Positions 13,450 to 27,895 of a stretch of DNA of 64,000 nucleotides are shown piece by piece. Within the stretch, counting starts at the first letter, position 1, and the number at the start of each line of letters is the position of its first letter. The stretch is from assembly GCF_964355755.1 (NCBI RefSeq), contig NC_092678.1, positions 1,628,422 through 1,692,421 of the forward strand, read 5' to 3'. Made by a program: the position numbers and the translations under genes. This stretch comes from Antedon mediterranea (Eukaryota; Animalia; Echinodermata). Under the pieces are notes generated by a model. That model was not told where the DNA came from and did no database searches. It worked only from the letters and a program-made list of their open reading frames with translations.

Positions 13450-14700
13450 AATTGTAGGTAGTAGGATAGATAGGTCTGCTTACCATACTTAATTGTAGGT
13501 AGTAGGATAGATAGGTCTGCTTACCATACTTAATTGTAGGTAGTAGGATAGATAGGTCTGCTTACCATACTTAATTGTAGGTAGTAGGATAGATAGGTCT
13601 GCTTACCATACTTAATTGTAGGTAGTAGGATAGATAGGTCTGCTTACCATACTTAATTGTAGGTAGTAGGATAGATAGGTCTGCTTACCATACTTAATTG
13701 TAGGTAGTAGGATAGATAGGTCTGCTTACCATACTTAATTGTAGGTAGTAGGATAGATAGGTCTGCTTACCATACTTAATTGTAGGTAGTAGGATAGATA
13801 GGTCTGCTTACCATACTTACGGGAGGTAGTAGGATAGATAGGTCTGCTTACCATACTTAATTGTAGGTAGTAGGATAGATAGGTCTGCTTACCATACTTA
13901 CGGGAGGTAGTAGGATAGTCTGCTTACCATACTTACGGGAGGTAGTAGGATAGATAGGTCTGCTTACCATACTTAATTGTAGGTAGTAGGATAGATAGGT
14001 CTGCTTACCATACTTAATTGTAGGTAGTAGGATAGATAGGTCTGCTTACCATACTTACGGGAGGTAGTAGGATAGATAGGTCTGCTTACCATACTTAATT
14101 GTAGGTAGTAGGATAGATAGGTCTGCTTACCATACTTACGGGAGGTAGTAGGATAGTCTGCTTACCATACTTACGGGAGGTAGTAGGATAGATAGGTCTG
14201 CTTACCATACTTAATTGTAGGTAGTAGGATAGATAGGTCTGCTTACCATACTTAATTGTAGGTAGTAGGATAGATAGGTCTGCTTACCATACTTAATTGT
14301 AGGTAGTAGGATAGATAGGTCTGCTTACCATACTTACGGGAGGTAGTAGGATAGATAGGTCTGCTTACCATACTTAATTGTAGGTAGTAGGATAGATAGG
14401 TCTGCTTACCATACTTAATTGTAGGTAGTAGGATAGATAGGTCTGCTTACCATACTTACGGGAGGTAGTAGGATAGATAGGTCTGCTTACCATACTTAAT
14501 TGTAGGTAGTAGGATAGATAGGTCTGCTTACCATACTTAATTGTAGGTAGTAGGATAGATAGGTCTGCTTACCATACTTACGGGAGGTAGTAGGATAGAT
14601 AGGTCTGCTTACCATACTTACGGGAGGTAGTAGGATAGATAGGTCTGCTTACCATACTTACGGGAGGTAGTAGGATAGATAGGTCTGCTTACCATACTTA
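13450..14700. repeat. 41/40/35-bp minisatellite, 31 units, with higher-order structure
   Basis: Unit A AATTGTAGGTAGTAGGATAGATAGGTCTGCTTACCATACTT (20x); unit B starts ACGGGAGGTAG (9x); unit B' lacks ATAGG (2x). Confidence 0.97.
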
Positions 14701-15539
14701 CCCCCTGGACCCCCTAGCATCACATCAATATTAGTACCTCAAATATACTTGCACTTTTGTCTGAATCATTGTTTTTTTGTTTTCCTTTTTGTCTATTGTA
14801 TTGTTATCATAAATTATTGTATGAATTGCAACAAAAGATTGACAATTCTCACTTCCTAATCACTTTCCAAAAGGATAATATTTAGCCTTGGAAAAGCTGT
14901 TAGGATTTGTGGATATTTTATTATACAAGGACTTCCACTTAATGGATCAAAGGACTGAATTTAGATTTCTATCAAATAAGTACTCTGTAGAGTTACTAAT
15001 ATCTTATTATTGCATCATCTGTGATTATATTGTACTAATATTTTTTTTACCAAGCCCAAGAAATAAAATAGAAAGTGTGAAGAATTGAACCTTTGACACT
15101 AACATTCAAGATCCACATTCGTGATTATAAAAGGAAAAAAACAGTAGAGTAAACAATATCAAAATTAAGTTGTAATTGTATTTTTATAGTGCATGTCTCC
15201 GCAATGGGTTGATCTAGGTAGTCTGCATGCTTAAATTAATTGCAATTAAACTTGATTAATTAATAATTGAGCAGCATTTCTTTACATTGAGAACATTTTT
15301 AATTATCATGATGTAGATATTCTCTCAGGACATGGATAAAACAATTTAATAGCATTTTGATTTATTTCTGATGTATTGTCATTAAATATGTTTTATGATA
15401 TCAACCACTGGTCCCTGAAGATCATTTTTAAATATTAAGGAATGTCTATAGATGACTTTTCATGGGAAATTTGGTTGGGCCACCCAGTTTAATACCTACA
15501 ATAACATGGGATTGTATTTGGCCTGTTGATTTACTGTAA

Positions 15540-15702
15540 AGCTCTGTTCACACTATCAAACTTTATTTAACAAAAAATGTGGTGTGCCCATATAATAATG
15601 ACATGATGATGTTGTATCACTACCATATCTGGGCATATCACTACCATATTTGGGCTAATCACACTTTTTTTGTCAAACTAGTTTGATAGTGTAGACAAAG
15701 TT
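15540..15702 (+). mobile_element. MITE family A, full copy
   Basis: TAA|AGCTCTGTTCACACTATCAAACT...AGTTTGATAGTGTAGACAAAG. Confidence 0.8.
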
Positions 15703-18484
15703 GGACCATACCTGATTTAAACAAAAATCATCATTAATATTACTGGTATCCAAACTGTTTTTCGATCGGATTTCTTAATATATAATTTGTGTGGTGTCTG
15801 GTAAGTTCACTGGGAGATGATCTCCTAATCTTTTTGAAGTTAAATATAGTTACTTGCAAAGGCTATGGATGAAATCGGTAAATCAGATATTTCTATTGTT
15901 TGATTTGCTAAAAAGGTAGAAGTTGTAAAAGGTTTGAATAGATAGAGAACCTATTGTGTATATTACAGTCCATTACAGTCATTTTCTAATCCTCCAATCA
16001 GGACTTAGGATTAACAAAAAAGTAGGATTAGAGGGGATATTATTGAATATTAACCAACTAATCACTTATCCATCAATGGTTAAAGCCTTAATCAGATTAC
16101 TAATTAAACAAAGTAAAATAAATTGACATAGTGATGGATAAAACGCTTAGCTTTCGTACAGGAGAAATAAATCTGTGGGAGTCTGTCTTTAAAATGAAGA
16201 TTAAAAATTTACTAAAGGTCTACATAGATGGTATTGTGCAGTTGAATTAGTGATAGAAAGGGCTTGCCGTCATAATCCAGGGTCCTCGTTGAAATTCTAA
16301 GATAGGGTGTGTTCTCATGACACAGATAGAAACTCTTTGGGACATTCTTATTAAAGGGACAGTTTCCTGTGAAATAAACAAGGGGCAATATTATGTTGTC
16401 TGCTATTCAGAGGACACCCCTATAAAGGAACACACTCCTATTAAGGGACACTGAAGGTTTTATAAATTATAGTGGACTTTTTAAACATGCATTTTAAAAT
16501 TCACAAGTACAAGTACAACAATCAGAAGAGGAAACAATCTTATCATTAGGCCTACTTTAACAAATTTGGTATTAAAATCTACAAATAAGCCGTTGCAGTC
16601 TAGTCTCGTCTGCACTAGAACAAAAGAAAATTTACTATCAAATTGGAAAAACAAAACATCAAGACATTTTTCTAATTTATTTCTTTTTGGAAACACACCT
16701 CAAACGTGAATTTACAAATATTGTTTAATATTAAAAAGTAATTGTAGGGCACCATAAAGCAAATCCATTTAATATCTTGTTAATAACCTATTGGTCCAAA
16801 GAAGGAGTGTACAACATTCCAGGTATCCGTAATCTAGAGGGGCTGTTTAGTAATCTATTATTTGAAAAACTGTACTTTGTTCCAGAGAGTGTACTACTAC
16901 TAGGTCTTTTTGCTAAATACAAAATAGTTTTCTTCTAAATATCTTGATTGGGCTCTAGATTTAACTATGCAGTTCAGAGGTTGGTACTAATGCAAATATG
17001 CTATGATGAAACAAAGGATTTTAAAGACCACAGCTTTGTGCGGTTGGCATAGCTCCCATGCTTCAGATTCCACTCATGTGGCTCAGCTTTGTGATTCCAA
17101 ATGTCGTACATTATTACCCAGAAAGGAGTTAATTTTAAGGAATGTTTGCCATCAAATCTTTTCTGTTCAATTGCTTTGTTTTTTAGCGCGTGTGTACCAT
17201 CATCTGTCCATATTTGGCTTGGCTGCTTATGATGATGTTGCTATAGTTACAGTGTCAACATTATTAGCAGAAATTTCTGTGTGAAATTTGATATATAGGT
17301 CACACTCCGATCAATTAATATTTGTGACCTGATTTCAAATTATTGTTTGGTATCACACTACCTGAAGGCAGAAAGATGCAGTAGTGTTCATTGGGGATTT
17401 TATATAAAGACAAAGACCATACCATAATTGGACCTGCCTTTGATACAGTAACTGCACAGTAGTGTCTTTTGTATCTTTATTCTTTAATAAAGAGTTCATT
17501 ACCTAATGGTTTTGATAAATTTAAATAGTCTTTTGTCTTTCCAACTATCTAACTACTTTCTGTAGAATAATTTGTTTTCGTTATTCCAAAACTATTCCAC
17601 TCTACCCTTTTCCCAATAACTGTGTCATGCTTTTGATATTAGCTATACCCCACCACACCATTGTGTAGCTAGCTATACCATACCCCAGATATACACTGCA
17701 CCACGCCCTTTTTACTGTAGCAGATCATTCAGTACCACTGTCAAGTACATGCAACCAACCCTTATTTCTACCAAACTCTTTTCATGATCTTTCTACAGCT
17801 TTTGGGGGAAAGAAACCTATATATATGTAAATCATAGTATTATTACTATTTCTTAGAAATCCAACTCTGTTCCCACACTTGAGTGATATAATAGTTTTAT
17901 TGAACCAGGACCCAAGAAGATCAGGAAGGATATAATAGTTAATACCGATCCGGATTGATGATGTCGTCACACCTTACAGCCAAGGAAGACAGGATTCCTA
18001 ACCTTTATGAAACATAACATAAATGGCGGCGCATACGTACAATATTTGGCATATACTGTACCTTCTCAAATTTTGGTTTTGATTTTGTATTTATTTTACC
18101 AATTTTTAATCTTTAAGAAGCAGTCTGTTTGGCTAGAATGTTTTGCTAATTCAGTCTCGAACATTTTTTTATACATGCACTGGACAAACCTTCAACTGTG
18201 ATGGCATTTATCAATAATCATTTAACATAAATAAATACCAGTAATTTTACTGAGACACACTTTTTTCTAAGTCTGATATTAGAAATGTCAATCAATTTGT
18301 ATAAAACATCCAAAAATATTCTTTATCGACCTTGGTAAATTATTGAAACTTCATCATAAATCAATTTTGTCTTTCAAAATTATATGCAACCACCATCTTC
18401 TCCCAATAATGTTTAACAAGTTCACATTTAGAGTTAATGAAGTTCAAACTAAGTATAAAAAAGCAACATCATTTCAACATTATC

Positions 18485-18969
18485 CTTGATTATGAATAAG
18501 TCGTTCACATGGTTAATCATCATGACCTCTTGATCATGAATAAGTCGTTCACATGGTTAATCATCATGACCTCTTGATCATGAATAAATCGTTCACATGG
18601 TTAATCATCATGACCTCTTGATTATGAATAAGTCGTTCACATGGTTAATCATCATGACCTCTTGATCATGAATAAGTCGTTCACATGGTTAATCATCATG
18701 ACCTCTTGATTATGAATAAGTCGTTCACATGGTTAATCATCATGACCTCTTGATCATGAATAAGTCGTTCACATGGTTAATCATCATGACCTCTTGATTA
18801 TGAATAAGTCGTTCACATGGTTAATCATCATGACCTCTTGATCATGAATAAGTCGTTCACATGGTTAATCATCATGACCACTTGATCATGAATAAGTCGT
18901 TCACATGGTTAATCATCATGACCACTTGATCATGAATAAGTCGTTCACATGGTTAATCATCATGACCAC
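18485..18969. repeat. 44-bp minisatellite, 11 copies
   Basis: CTTGAT(C/T)ATGAATAAGTCGTTCACATGGTTAATCATCATGACC(T/A). Diverged relics at ~19055 and ~19170. Confidence 0.97.
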
Positions 18970-20333
18970 CTTACTATATTTTATGTAACTCTAGAAATAT
19001 TAAAACTTTAGAATACAAAAGCACAAAAAAGTACATATAATTTTTAATGATTTTTCTTGATAATGATTAACTTGTTCACATTATTGGTCATGATCATCTT
19101 ACTATGTTGTAACTCTACACCTATTCAGAATTTTAAAAACAAGAGAGGGCAAAAAGTACTCATCATTTTCTTGATCTTAAGTAACACGTTCACATTGTTG
19201 GTCTTGATCAACTTTATAATTTCTTTTCATGTAAACGCACTTAATTGCAAATACCGTGAAAGCTTATTTGAACGATTACAATCATAAATGTTTTCAATTT
19301 TAGGAAAACATTGGAGATATGCCAACATATACGATTGATACCTTACAAACTGGTATTGATTTTGTTTTATGAATTGTTGTCTTAATTACTATAGTACATT
19401 CAAGGGTAATGTTATGTCAATCATTAAAAAAAATAAACTGGTAGGAATTATTACTATTTGATTAACTTAATACTGTAACATGATTGATAAACACTGGTAA
19501 ACGTTTGCAATATCCTATTTTAACTTATTAAATTTGTAACCGTAGTTTTTTGCAACAATGTGTATATTGTACATTTTAATTTTTATTTATTATGTATCCG
19601 TTTTATCATACCATACTAATATTTGCCAATCCTCAAGAAGGTTTGGGAAGAATAATAAATATATAATAAATTATTATTAGAATTTTATATTATATAATAA
19701 AAATATCCATATGAAAGTAACATTCCTGTAATATAATTTTATATTTGCAAGAATTTTTAAAAATAAACTATACATTTTAAAAACATGTAAAGATAATATA
19801 ATATTATAAGTACAACGTAAAATAATAGTATTGTACATTTATTAAAAGAAACTGTATCGTAGTGATCGCAGAATACATGAATGAGCGTGGGATGCCTCGT
19901 TTAACGAGTTCCATAACAACGTTTGATAGTATAAGCATACTAGATTTCATATCGTGTTACAAATGAGTTCACAAAACGACATACAAAATCAGCCGACATA
20001 GTGCTTAAGGCTCTACTTATATAAGTGATGAGACAGTCTTCAACTTTAATTCGGCCGTATAATCGCACAGCTCGCCGCCTCGTTGTTCGTAATATGAAAA
20101 GTCCGTCATTTTACATAAAACTTGTCCTCAATTTGTTTATAATTAATAAGAAATTGGTGGGTTATGGTTTAGTATTTCACTATGGTTTACAATGTGACCT
20201 AGTTCTTAATAGAAATTATCAGCCAACACAGTTGTAATCCCAATAAAGTGCTTTTATTTTAAGTCTGTTTGAAATACTGTAACCCACCTTCCTTGCTTAT
20301 AAACAAGCTTTCATCCTCATATCATCTTTTTGT

Positions 20334-20488
20334 TCTGTCTACACTATCAAACTAATTTGACAAAAAAGTGTGATGTGCCCAAATTTGGTAGTGATATGTT
20401 TAAATTTGGTAGTGATATGACATCATTATGTCCATATATGGGCACATCACACTTTTTTTGTCACATAATGTTTGATAGTGTAGACAGG
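20334..20488 (-). mobile_element. MITE family A, full reversed copy
   Basis: TCTGTCTACACTATCAAACT...GTTTGATAGTGTAGACAG, with the internal motifs inverted. Confidence 0.8.
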
Positions 20489-22239
20489 AAGGATTTTAGT
20501 CTATAAAAATCTTGATCCTTAGCCTCACTTTAAGTATCAGTTTTCTTATTTAAACAAGTATACAACTCCATGTTTCACACTTTACTTCAATGTTGAATAA
20601 TTTGTCAAAAGATTTGTCAACGACCTACTTCTGTTTGATATATGGCCATATTTTGTCGCATAATTAAAGTAGTATTAGTACTTGTCAGGAGTTTATAATA
20701 TAAATGAAATTCTCAAATATTACAAAAATAATTTGCGCATTAAATATTTCTTAGAAATTTAATAATTTTCCCAATTATTGTAAAGTTATTAAAAGGTGTA
20801 TGCACCCCCACCTCCATTTCTGTCTTACTGTAGTAGAAGCTCTCTTAAGGGGAACAAAGTGTGGTTTCTACTGGATATGCATCGCAAGGATGTAGAGTTT
20901 TAGAAAATTAAAGTTATTAATAATCGAATATAATAATTTATAAATATTAAGAAGATAAATAAATTCTTTGATACAGTATCTATGTTGTATCACTTGCAAC
21001 ATTATTATGAATTTTTCTCGAATTGTACGAGTCGACCGATATTGATGGATTTATCTCAAACCACTCGATGTCAGGTAGGAATCGTTAAGATTTAATGTAT
21101 TGTATTGTGGCGCTTGTCTGTAATGAGATGCAATCGAGATGATTTTACTGTAAAAAATCGCATTAGTTGGTCATTGTCGGGTGTACACACAGTCTGACAG
21201 GTGAAACATAGAGTATCATCGTGTCACAAGTTCACAGAATAATCAAATGATTAGATTTGCAAGAGATTTCCAATTCATTGCTTTTGATATTATTAATGAC
21301 ATTTGTTTGATTAACTCTGTCTCTTTGTATTTTCTTCGAAAGAACAAAACCTGCCTAGTTACTCGTAGCCCGTGTAAAATGTAGTTATCCCTCAAAGCAG
21401 TCTTCTTAAAAACATACAATTACAGTTGATCACCTATCTAGGGGACACATCAAAGTGGTTGCCATAGTGTTGAAATGTATATTTCCCGTCATTCATTCAC
21501 TAGCAGTATAGTTAGGCCTATTGCTTTATAAACATGGTAAAACCACCACCAAGGATAGGCAGAGGTTGACCCTCAAAATATTGTCTATGTTTTTATGCAC
21601 AATGTTAGGTTTCCTTCATTAATAAAGACTTTATAAAACCAGCTGCTTATGCTAAGTGTGTTACTTCCTGAAGTCGTTAAATAGATAAATAATAAAGAGA
21701 TAAATCCTGGAACTTTAGTACTATTATTTAAAAAATATCATTATAATGTAACATCTTTGAACATTTTGAGTAAATATCAATATTTATGATTCCGTAGAAA
21801 ACATTACCGCAAATGTTTGTAATGACAGTTCACAGAAATTTCTAATTGAATCAAACTAATATGTTTTATCTGCTCAGAATGATCTTCCAATATTTCTTTG
21901 AAATCTGCTTACTGAGCTATGACGATGATGTTTGCGACAACATTGACATTCAGCGAACTTTGCAAGGCCTTAGATGATGAGAAATGGTGATAATCTAAGA
22001 TAATGTTAAAAAAAACCAACTTAAATTGTAAGTTTTTATTTTGTGATGCATTAATCACTTTCTTCAATAGTTGATTAACTTTGACATATTACATCTCACA
22101 GAAGTGTAACATTGAAAGCCAACTAGAGGTTTTGTTGTACACTTGTATATTTGCATATTAATACAACTACTGTATAAGCCTACCCCAAACTGCTCATTTC
22201 AGTGGTTAATCAAGCACCTCTATTTACTAGTGTTCAAAC

Positions 22240-22655
22240 CCCCTTCCAGCAATTCAGTTTCCCTTCAGCAATTCAATTTCCATTCTAACATTCCTTCTGT
22301 TCTTCTATAAGTTCAATATTTCTTCTAGTATTTCAATCTCTACCTCTAATAGTTCAATCTTTCCTTCCAGCAGTTCATATTTCCATTCCAGAAGTTCAAT
22401 ATTTCCTTCCAGCAATTCAATCTTTCCTCCAACATTTCAATCTCTCTTCCAACATTTCAATCTCTCTTCAAGAATTTCAATCTTCCAGCATTTCAATTTC
22501 TCTTCCAGTATTTCAATCTTCCAGCATTTCGATCTCTTTTCCAGTATTTCAATCTTCCAGCATTTCAATCTCTATTCCAGTATTTCAATCTTCCAGCATT
22601 TCAATCTCTCTTCCAGAATTTCAATCTTCCAGCATTTCAATCTCTCTTCCAGCAA
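22240..22655. repeat. Degenerate 16-20-bp pyrimidine-rich minisatellite
   Basis: TTCAATCTCTCTTCCAGCA and TTCAATCTTCCAGCA alternate. Confidence 0.9.
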
Positions 22656-23469
22656 TTCTTTCAAATTGTATCAACAACATCAAATAGTTAGCAAACTGTA
22701 AACTGTTTAGACATCAGCACACTGAAACTCTGGTCCAAAAGTAGTTTTTATCGGAGAGTAAAATTGAATCTATTTATGTAAATTATAATTTTATTAAGTG
22801 TATGTATGTGAAAGAAACCACCTGTTTGATAAAATTCAGACAGGATTAGAATTTTTATAGCAGTACATTGAACCTTCTCGTTATCATTAGTTGATACCAA
22901 ACAATCAATCGTTTATTTATTAACCAATATTTCCCTTTCTATGTGGGGACATCAAAGGTAGATAAATCGGTTATCACAAACCGCCTTCTACTAATATGCT
23001 GTATATTAATATCTTGTCCGTAATTTAGTAATCGGTCTGACTTTGAAGTAATAATTTCCTGGCCAGAAGTACATTAGTAAATTAAATAGATTATTATATT
23101 GTGTTGTTAGTTTTATAATGGTTGTATACAACTGTCTGGCAAGTGTGTTTTTTTCTTGAGTTTGGCGGTTAAAGATTTATATTAATTGTATCAATATTTG
23201 CACTTATCTTGTGACGTAGTTTAAGGGGATGTGGTCTGGGAATCGCAGCTGATACGTATACTAAAGTAAACACTGTCGTTTACAGAGCAATTATTTCGGC
23301 TCCTTCTCGATTCCATGTTTATTGTGTAATTATTATTCTGATTATCAGAAATACGGGAAAGTCCCAAACTTTTGAATGAGCAATTTATTCATATAATATA
23401 ATATCTGTTTTGTTTATTACACCATTTAATAAAAAAAGTAATTTATATGTTTTTTAGGCTATTTTTAGT

Positions 23470-23940
23470 AGAGAGCATTTTTGAGTGGAGAACTTATTTG
23501 ATGGGAAAACTTATTTGAGTGGACAACCTATTTGATTTAGAGGTTATTTGAGTGAAGAACTAATTTAAGTTAAGAACTTAGTTGATTAGAAAACTTAGTT
23601 GGTTAGAGAACTTAGTTGGTTAGGGAACTTATTTGAGTGGAGAACTTAGTTGATTAAAGAACTTATTTGAGTGGAGAACTTGTTTTAGTTTATAGGTTAT
23701 ATATGTCTTATGAGATTACTTATTTAAGTAGAGAGATTATTTGAGCAAAACTTATCTGAGGAGAAAACTTATTTGAGTGGAAAACTACTTAGTGGAAAAC
23801 TAATTGGAGTGTGCATGAGGTTTATTTGAGTTGAGAGCTTATTTGAATGGAGAATCTATTTAAATAGAGAGCTTATTTTAGGGTATGTTGGGAAGGTACT
23901 TATTTGTTTCTTCTTCTTTGGCATGCTTATTTGAGCTAAG
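23470..23940. repeat. Degenerate ~18-bp minisatellite
   Basis: AGAACTTATTTGAGTGG repeated with decay. Confidence 0.85.
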
Positions 23941-26900
23941 TGTTTATTTTAGTCAGTATAGGATGTTTTGATTCTCAACAGGGTACCATTCAAGTGCCAA
24001 TCAAGAGCAAATCATTTGGGTGTGGTCAAATTGCCTACTCACTCTGTTTTTTCACTGGTAGTTGCTAAAGTCCAGATTAATTAGTTACTACTTCAGGTTT
24101 GTTGAGATTCAGTAGTTTAATTTCAACTGATTGATAACTAAAATCTATTTACAACTGATTGGATTAAAATTTAACCTGGGAATTAGTTAATGATTAACTT
24201 CAATGTAATACTACCAGTAGGCCTACGGATTTCTAAACTTAAAATGAGTGAATGGTTAGACGTGGGTGCTGTAAACTCGTCCAATTACAATATACTAATA
24301 TTAGACCTTGGTTGGTATTGTTTGGTGATGAACACATTTTGTGATAAAATTATAAACCACATACTCTGCTGTATCTAGTCACCCAAAGATATTACTATAA
24401 GGTCCAATCTTTCAGTTTCAGTAATAATTAATTACCTTCTGTTTAATTAATATTTTAGAATTATACATTTTTGTTTGCTATAAACTCTACTAAAGTCGGA
24501 TGACCTCGCAATGATTTGATTCCAAATTTCCACATGAACTGTATGTTCAGTAACATAAATAGTATAAACAGTAATTCCAGATCATTAAAAAAAAATCGGT
24601 TAATGTTATTTTAAATGATCGTTGTCTCATATAACCCCTAAACACAAATCATTAACTGTTTCAACTTTATCGATTTAAAAGTCAAAGAGACTGTATATTA
24701 TCGGTAATATTTGTACGGATCTCAATACTTGATACCATTTCCTCGTTGTTGCGATAAAACACTCGATGACCTACATAACCGGTAATCAAACTCATGTTCA
24801 CGTCTCACCTACTTACACATAAATATTTACGGGATGATTTAGCAAATGTTATCAGCAAGGTTCAGAAGTACAATATACAGTGAGTGTAATATTCCATGTC
24901 AGTGTTTTCCGATTCATTTAATTATTGTATTGTTTCTCACGTCTTATATGATTATATAATTTTATTGATAATATGGTATCATTTTTTTCTAATAATTTAA
25001 TGACACATTTAACCTTGGAGGCTTAAAGATTTTCTGACTGTAATGTCCAGCTTATTATACTGGTACTTTCATTAAAATTAATTTATAAAATCACATAAAT
25101 TAATTTTCATCCATTCTCACGTTTCATGTATTTTGGCTTTTATTAAAACAGATAGAGATAGTTAAATTTTACACCCCACATATGAACAAACTAGTGGCAT
25201 ATCCAGGAAAAAATATGAAATAAAAGGTTAAAAGATGGGCCAAAAATAGTATTTCTAAAATCTTCTAAAAATATTTATTTTCATGTGTGACAATTTATAT
25301 TATACAATATACCAAAATATATACCATATTTATACCATATTTTTTTAAATATGCCAAATAATTTATTGTATTTTAAAATACCACCATTATCAGTGCAGTA
25401 TATTTTTGGCAGCAGTAACAGGTCTGTCATATTCCCACATAGACTTAGACCTAGATTAGGTTACTCAGCGCCATAAATGGGCGTGTTGAATTGATTGATC
25501 GTTAGTTAATGATTAATTAGTATCCAACCACAATTATTAATAATACCTGATTGGAATTAAACAATCAATAATATCTATTTCAATCATTTTGTTTACGTGT
25601 AATATTTATCCAAAATTGAAATGTAGTATACAAGGCTCTGCTAGTTATTTATACTATACAGTACTACTACCAACTATATGCAGCCTGCATATATAGCAAT
25701 TAGATGTTAAAATTGATTTTTATTACAAGTAAAAGTAGAGTTATGTAAGTGTTGTTGGCTACAGCTGTTTAAAGAATAATGACCTAAATATTCTACATAG
25801 TTTAATTTAACACAATCTTTGTGTAACTATTGCTAATTAAACGAACAAAGCTTTCAAATATTCAAATCTTGCGTATACACAGATAAAAGCCTTGGTCACA
25901 GAGTTACTTCTTCACAAAAGTGTAAGATTGAATTTGCCCACAATTATTTAAAGAATTTCTTTGAAGAAATAGAGAACTTTAAAGTAAATTGTTGGTCTAT
26001 TGTAACTGTTTGAATAGAACACAATAAGGATTACTTAAAAACTGTTGGTTTAAAAGTTTACGCTTTAAAGTGATACTAACTGCTTGTGAACTGTTAGTCA
26101 TTGAAGGCTATCATCTTCAGTCCTTCTATATATTACTGTACTATATTAAAGTTAGGTGCTCGTCTCTTCTGAAATTTTAAATTTTCACTACCCACCCCAA
26201 TTTCCCAGCACAGATTGTCATATTTTATAATAATAATTATATTTAAAGCATCTTTGTCTCATCTGTTTTTAACCTTCGTTCTTCTTATTTCATACATAGA
26301 TATCGTAAATTGTTTAATTTTGTGGGTGTATAATGCTATTTAAAAGATTATCTACCATTCCTTAGTATAGGTCCTTGTACTGTAGTACGTCAGTACATAG
26401 TTTTGTGTATTAATATCATATGTTCGATGTCATTATATGTTTAGTGACTCTTATTATTATTGATTGATCGATAGATGTTTGGTTTTTATTTCAGCTATCT
26501 GCATCATACGTTTGTATATTACAAATAATGATGCAACAATGAATGTATTATATCTATAGATTTTGTATCATTAATATATAATGTCTAAAGTACTTCTAAG
26601 CCTGCTATTGGTCAATTTAAATTATATGGACATGTTCAATCGACTTCTTAAATTGGCAGCAATTTGAACAAAAAAGGGGTAATGACCACACCCTCCTAAG
26701 ACCTCCTATTCTGATGCATTCAAAGATATTTTGAAATGAAACTTTGAGAATGAGAAAATTTACTTAACTCATGTCCAGTCAAAAAAGCTGCATACAAACC
26801 CGACTTGACTGCATAATTATAAAATCAATAAAACGTGTTAGTTAATATAAATGCTAATTTTAACCAATGTCCAGCAATGTAAATACTTATTAACTTGCTC

Positions 26901-27269
26901 ATTAACTAACTAATTAACTTATGGTCCATTCATTTAATTCCTGAATTATTACTCTGTTATTGAAAAAGATAACAAACTGAAATATCTAATTTTAAACACA
27001 CCTTTAAAAATATTGTGTGTCTGTATTGTATTTTAACTGAACCACACCTTGTAAACATTCAAACCATGTTTCACTCCCAATAAACTCTTCTTTGCCACAA
27101 TTTCCTAACCAATGTCTAACCATAGAATAGATTTTTTAATGCATTGCCATCTCCACCCACTACACAGACCTCCTTTTCCTTTCTCCATAAACATTGATAA
27201 CCTAACCATAACACTTTTAATGTTTATAGTAGATGTATTTTCTTCGAAGTCTTTCCTAAAATTATTTAA

Positions 27270-27895
27270 AGCCCCATTCTCTACGTTTTTTAGATCTAAT
27301 TTAAGATCACAAACTATATTTAATGTAAAAATAATACTATATGGTCTTATTGCGATAACTTTTTTCGTCTTTAAACGGTTAAAAATGTGAAAAATAAGTC
27401 GATTCTAATAATTATAGCGGCCCGCTATAAATCCCAAAATGCATTGCGCGCGGATTGATATTTTTGTTTTTCACCTGTAATTCGCCCACTTTTCGATCGA
27501 TCGTGAGGCCAAAACAAATGGAAGACTCCTAACTTTTCAGCGAAAATACCGGGTTTTCCCCAATTTGTATCAACGGAGTCTGGCAAAAATAGAAAGACAA
27601 TTAATGCAGCAACTATACAACGTCAGGCTAGGTATATAGCTAGCGTACGATGTTCGTACGTTACCGATGTTTACCAGCTAGGCCTACAAAACTAAGCCTA
27701 GCTAGGCTAGGCCTAAGACCGTCCACGAGAGGTCGATCGCCGCGAGCTACTTAGGTAGTGCATTGTTTTTCACTTTTTATCATAATTTACCATAAAACGT
27801 ACATTTAAGACAAGGAATGACATGGTTTAATGTTTTTAAAGTGATATATATGTATTATTTTCCAAAAAACGTCCAAAATTGCAGGGAAGGGGTCT
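27270..27895 (-). mobile_element. Kolobok-like non-autonomous element (family B), copy 2, 626 bp
   Basis: TTAA|AGCCCCATTCTCTACG ... GCAGGGAAGGGGTCT|TTAA. Reverse complement of 11513-12136 with few differences. Confidence 0.85.

Noticed and set aside
13450-14700. CRISPR-like array (also 18485-18969, 28676-29075 and 10176-10410)
   Set aside because: Units are head-to-tail with no unique spacers, there are no cas genes, and the context is eukaryotic. These are minisatellites.
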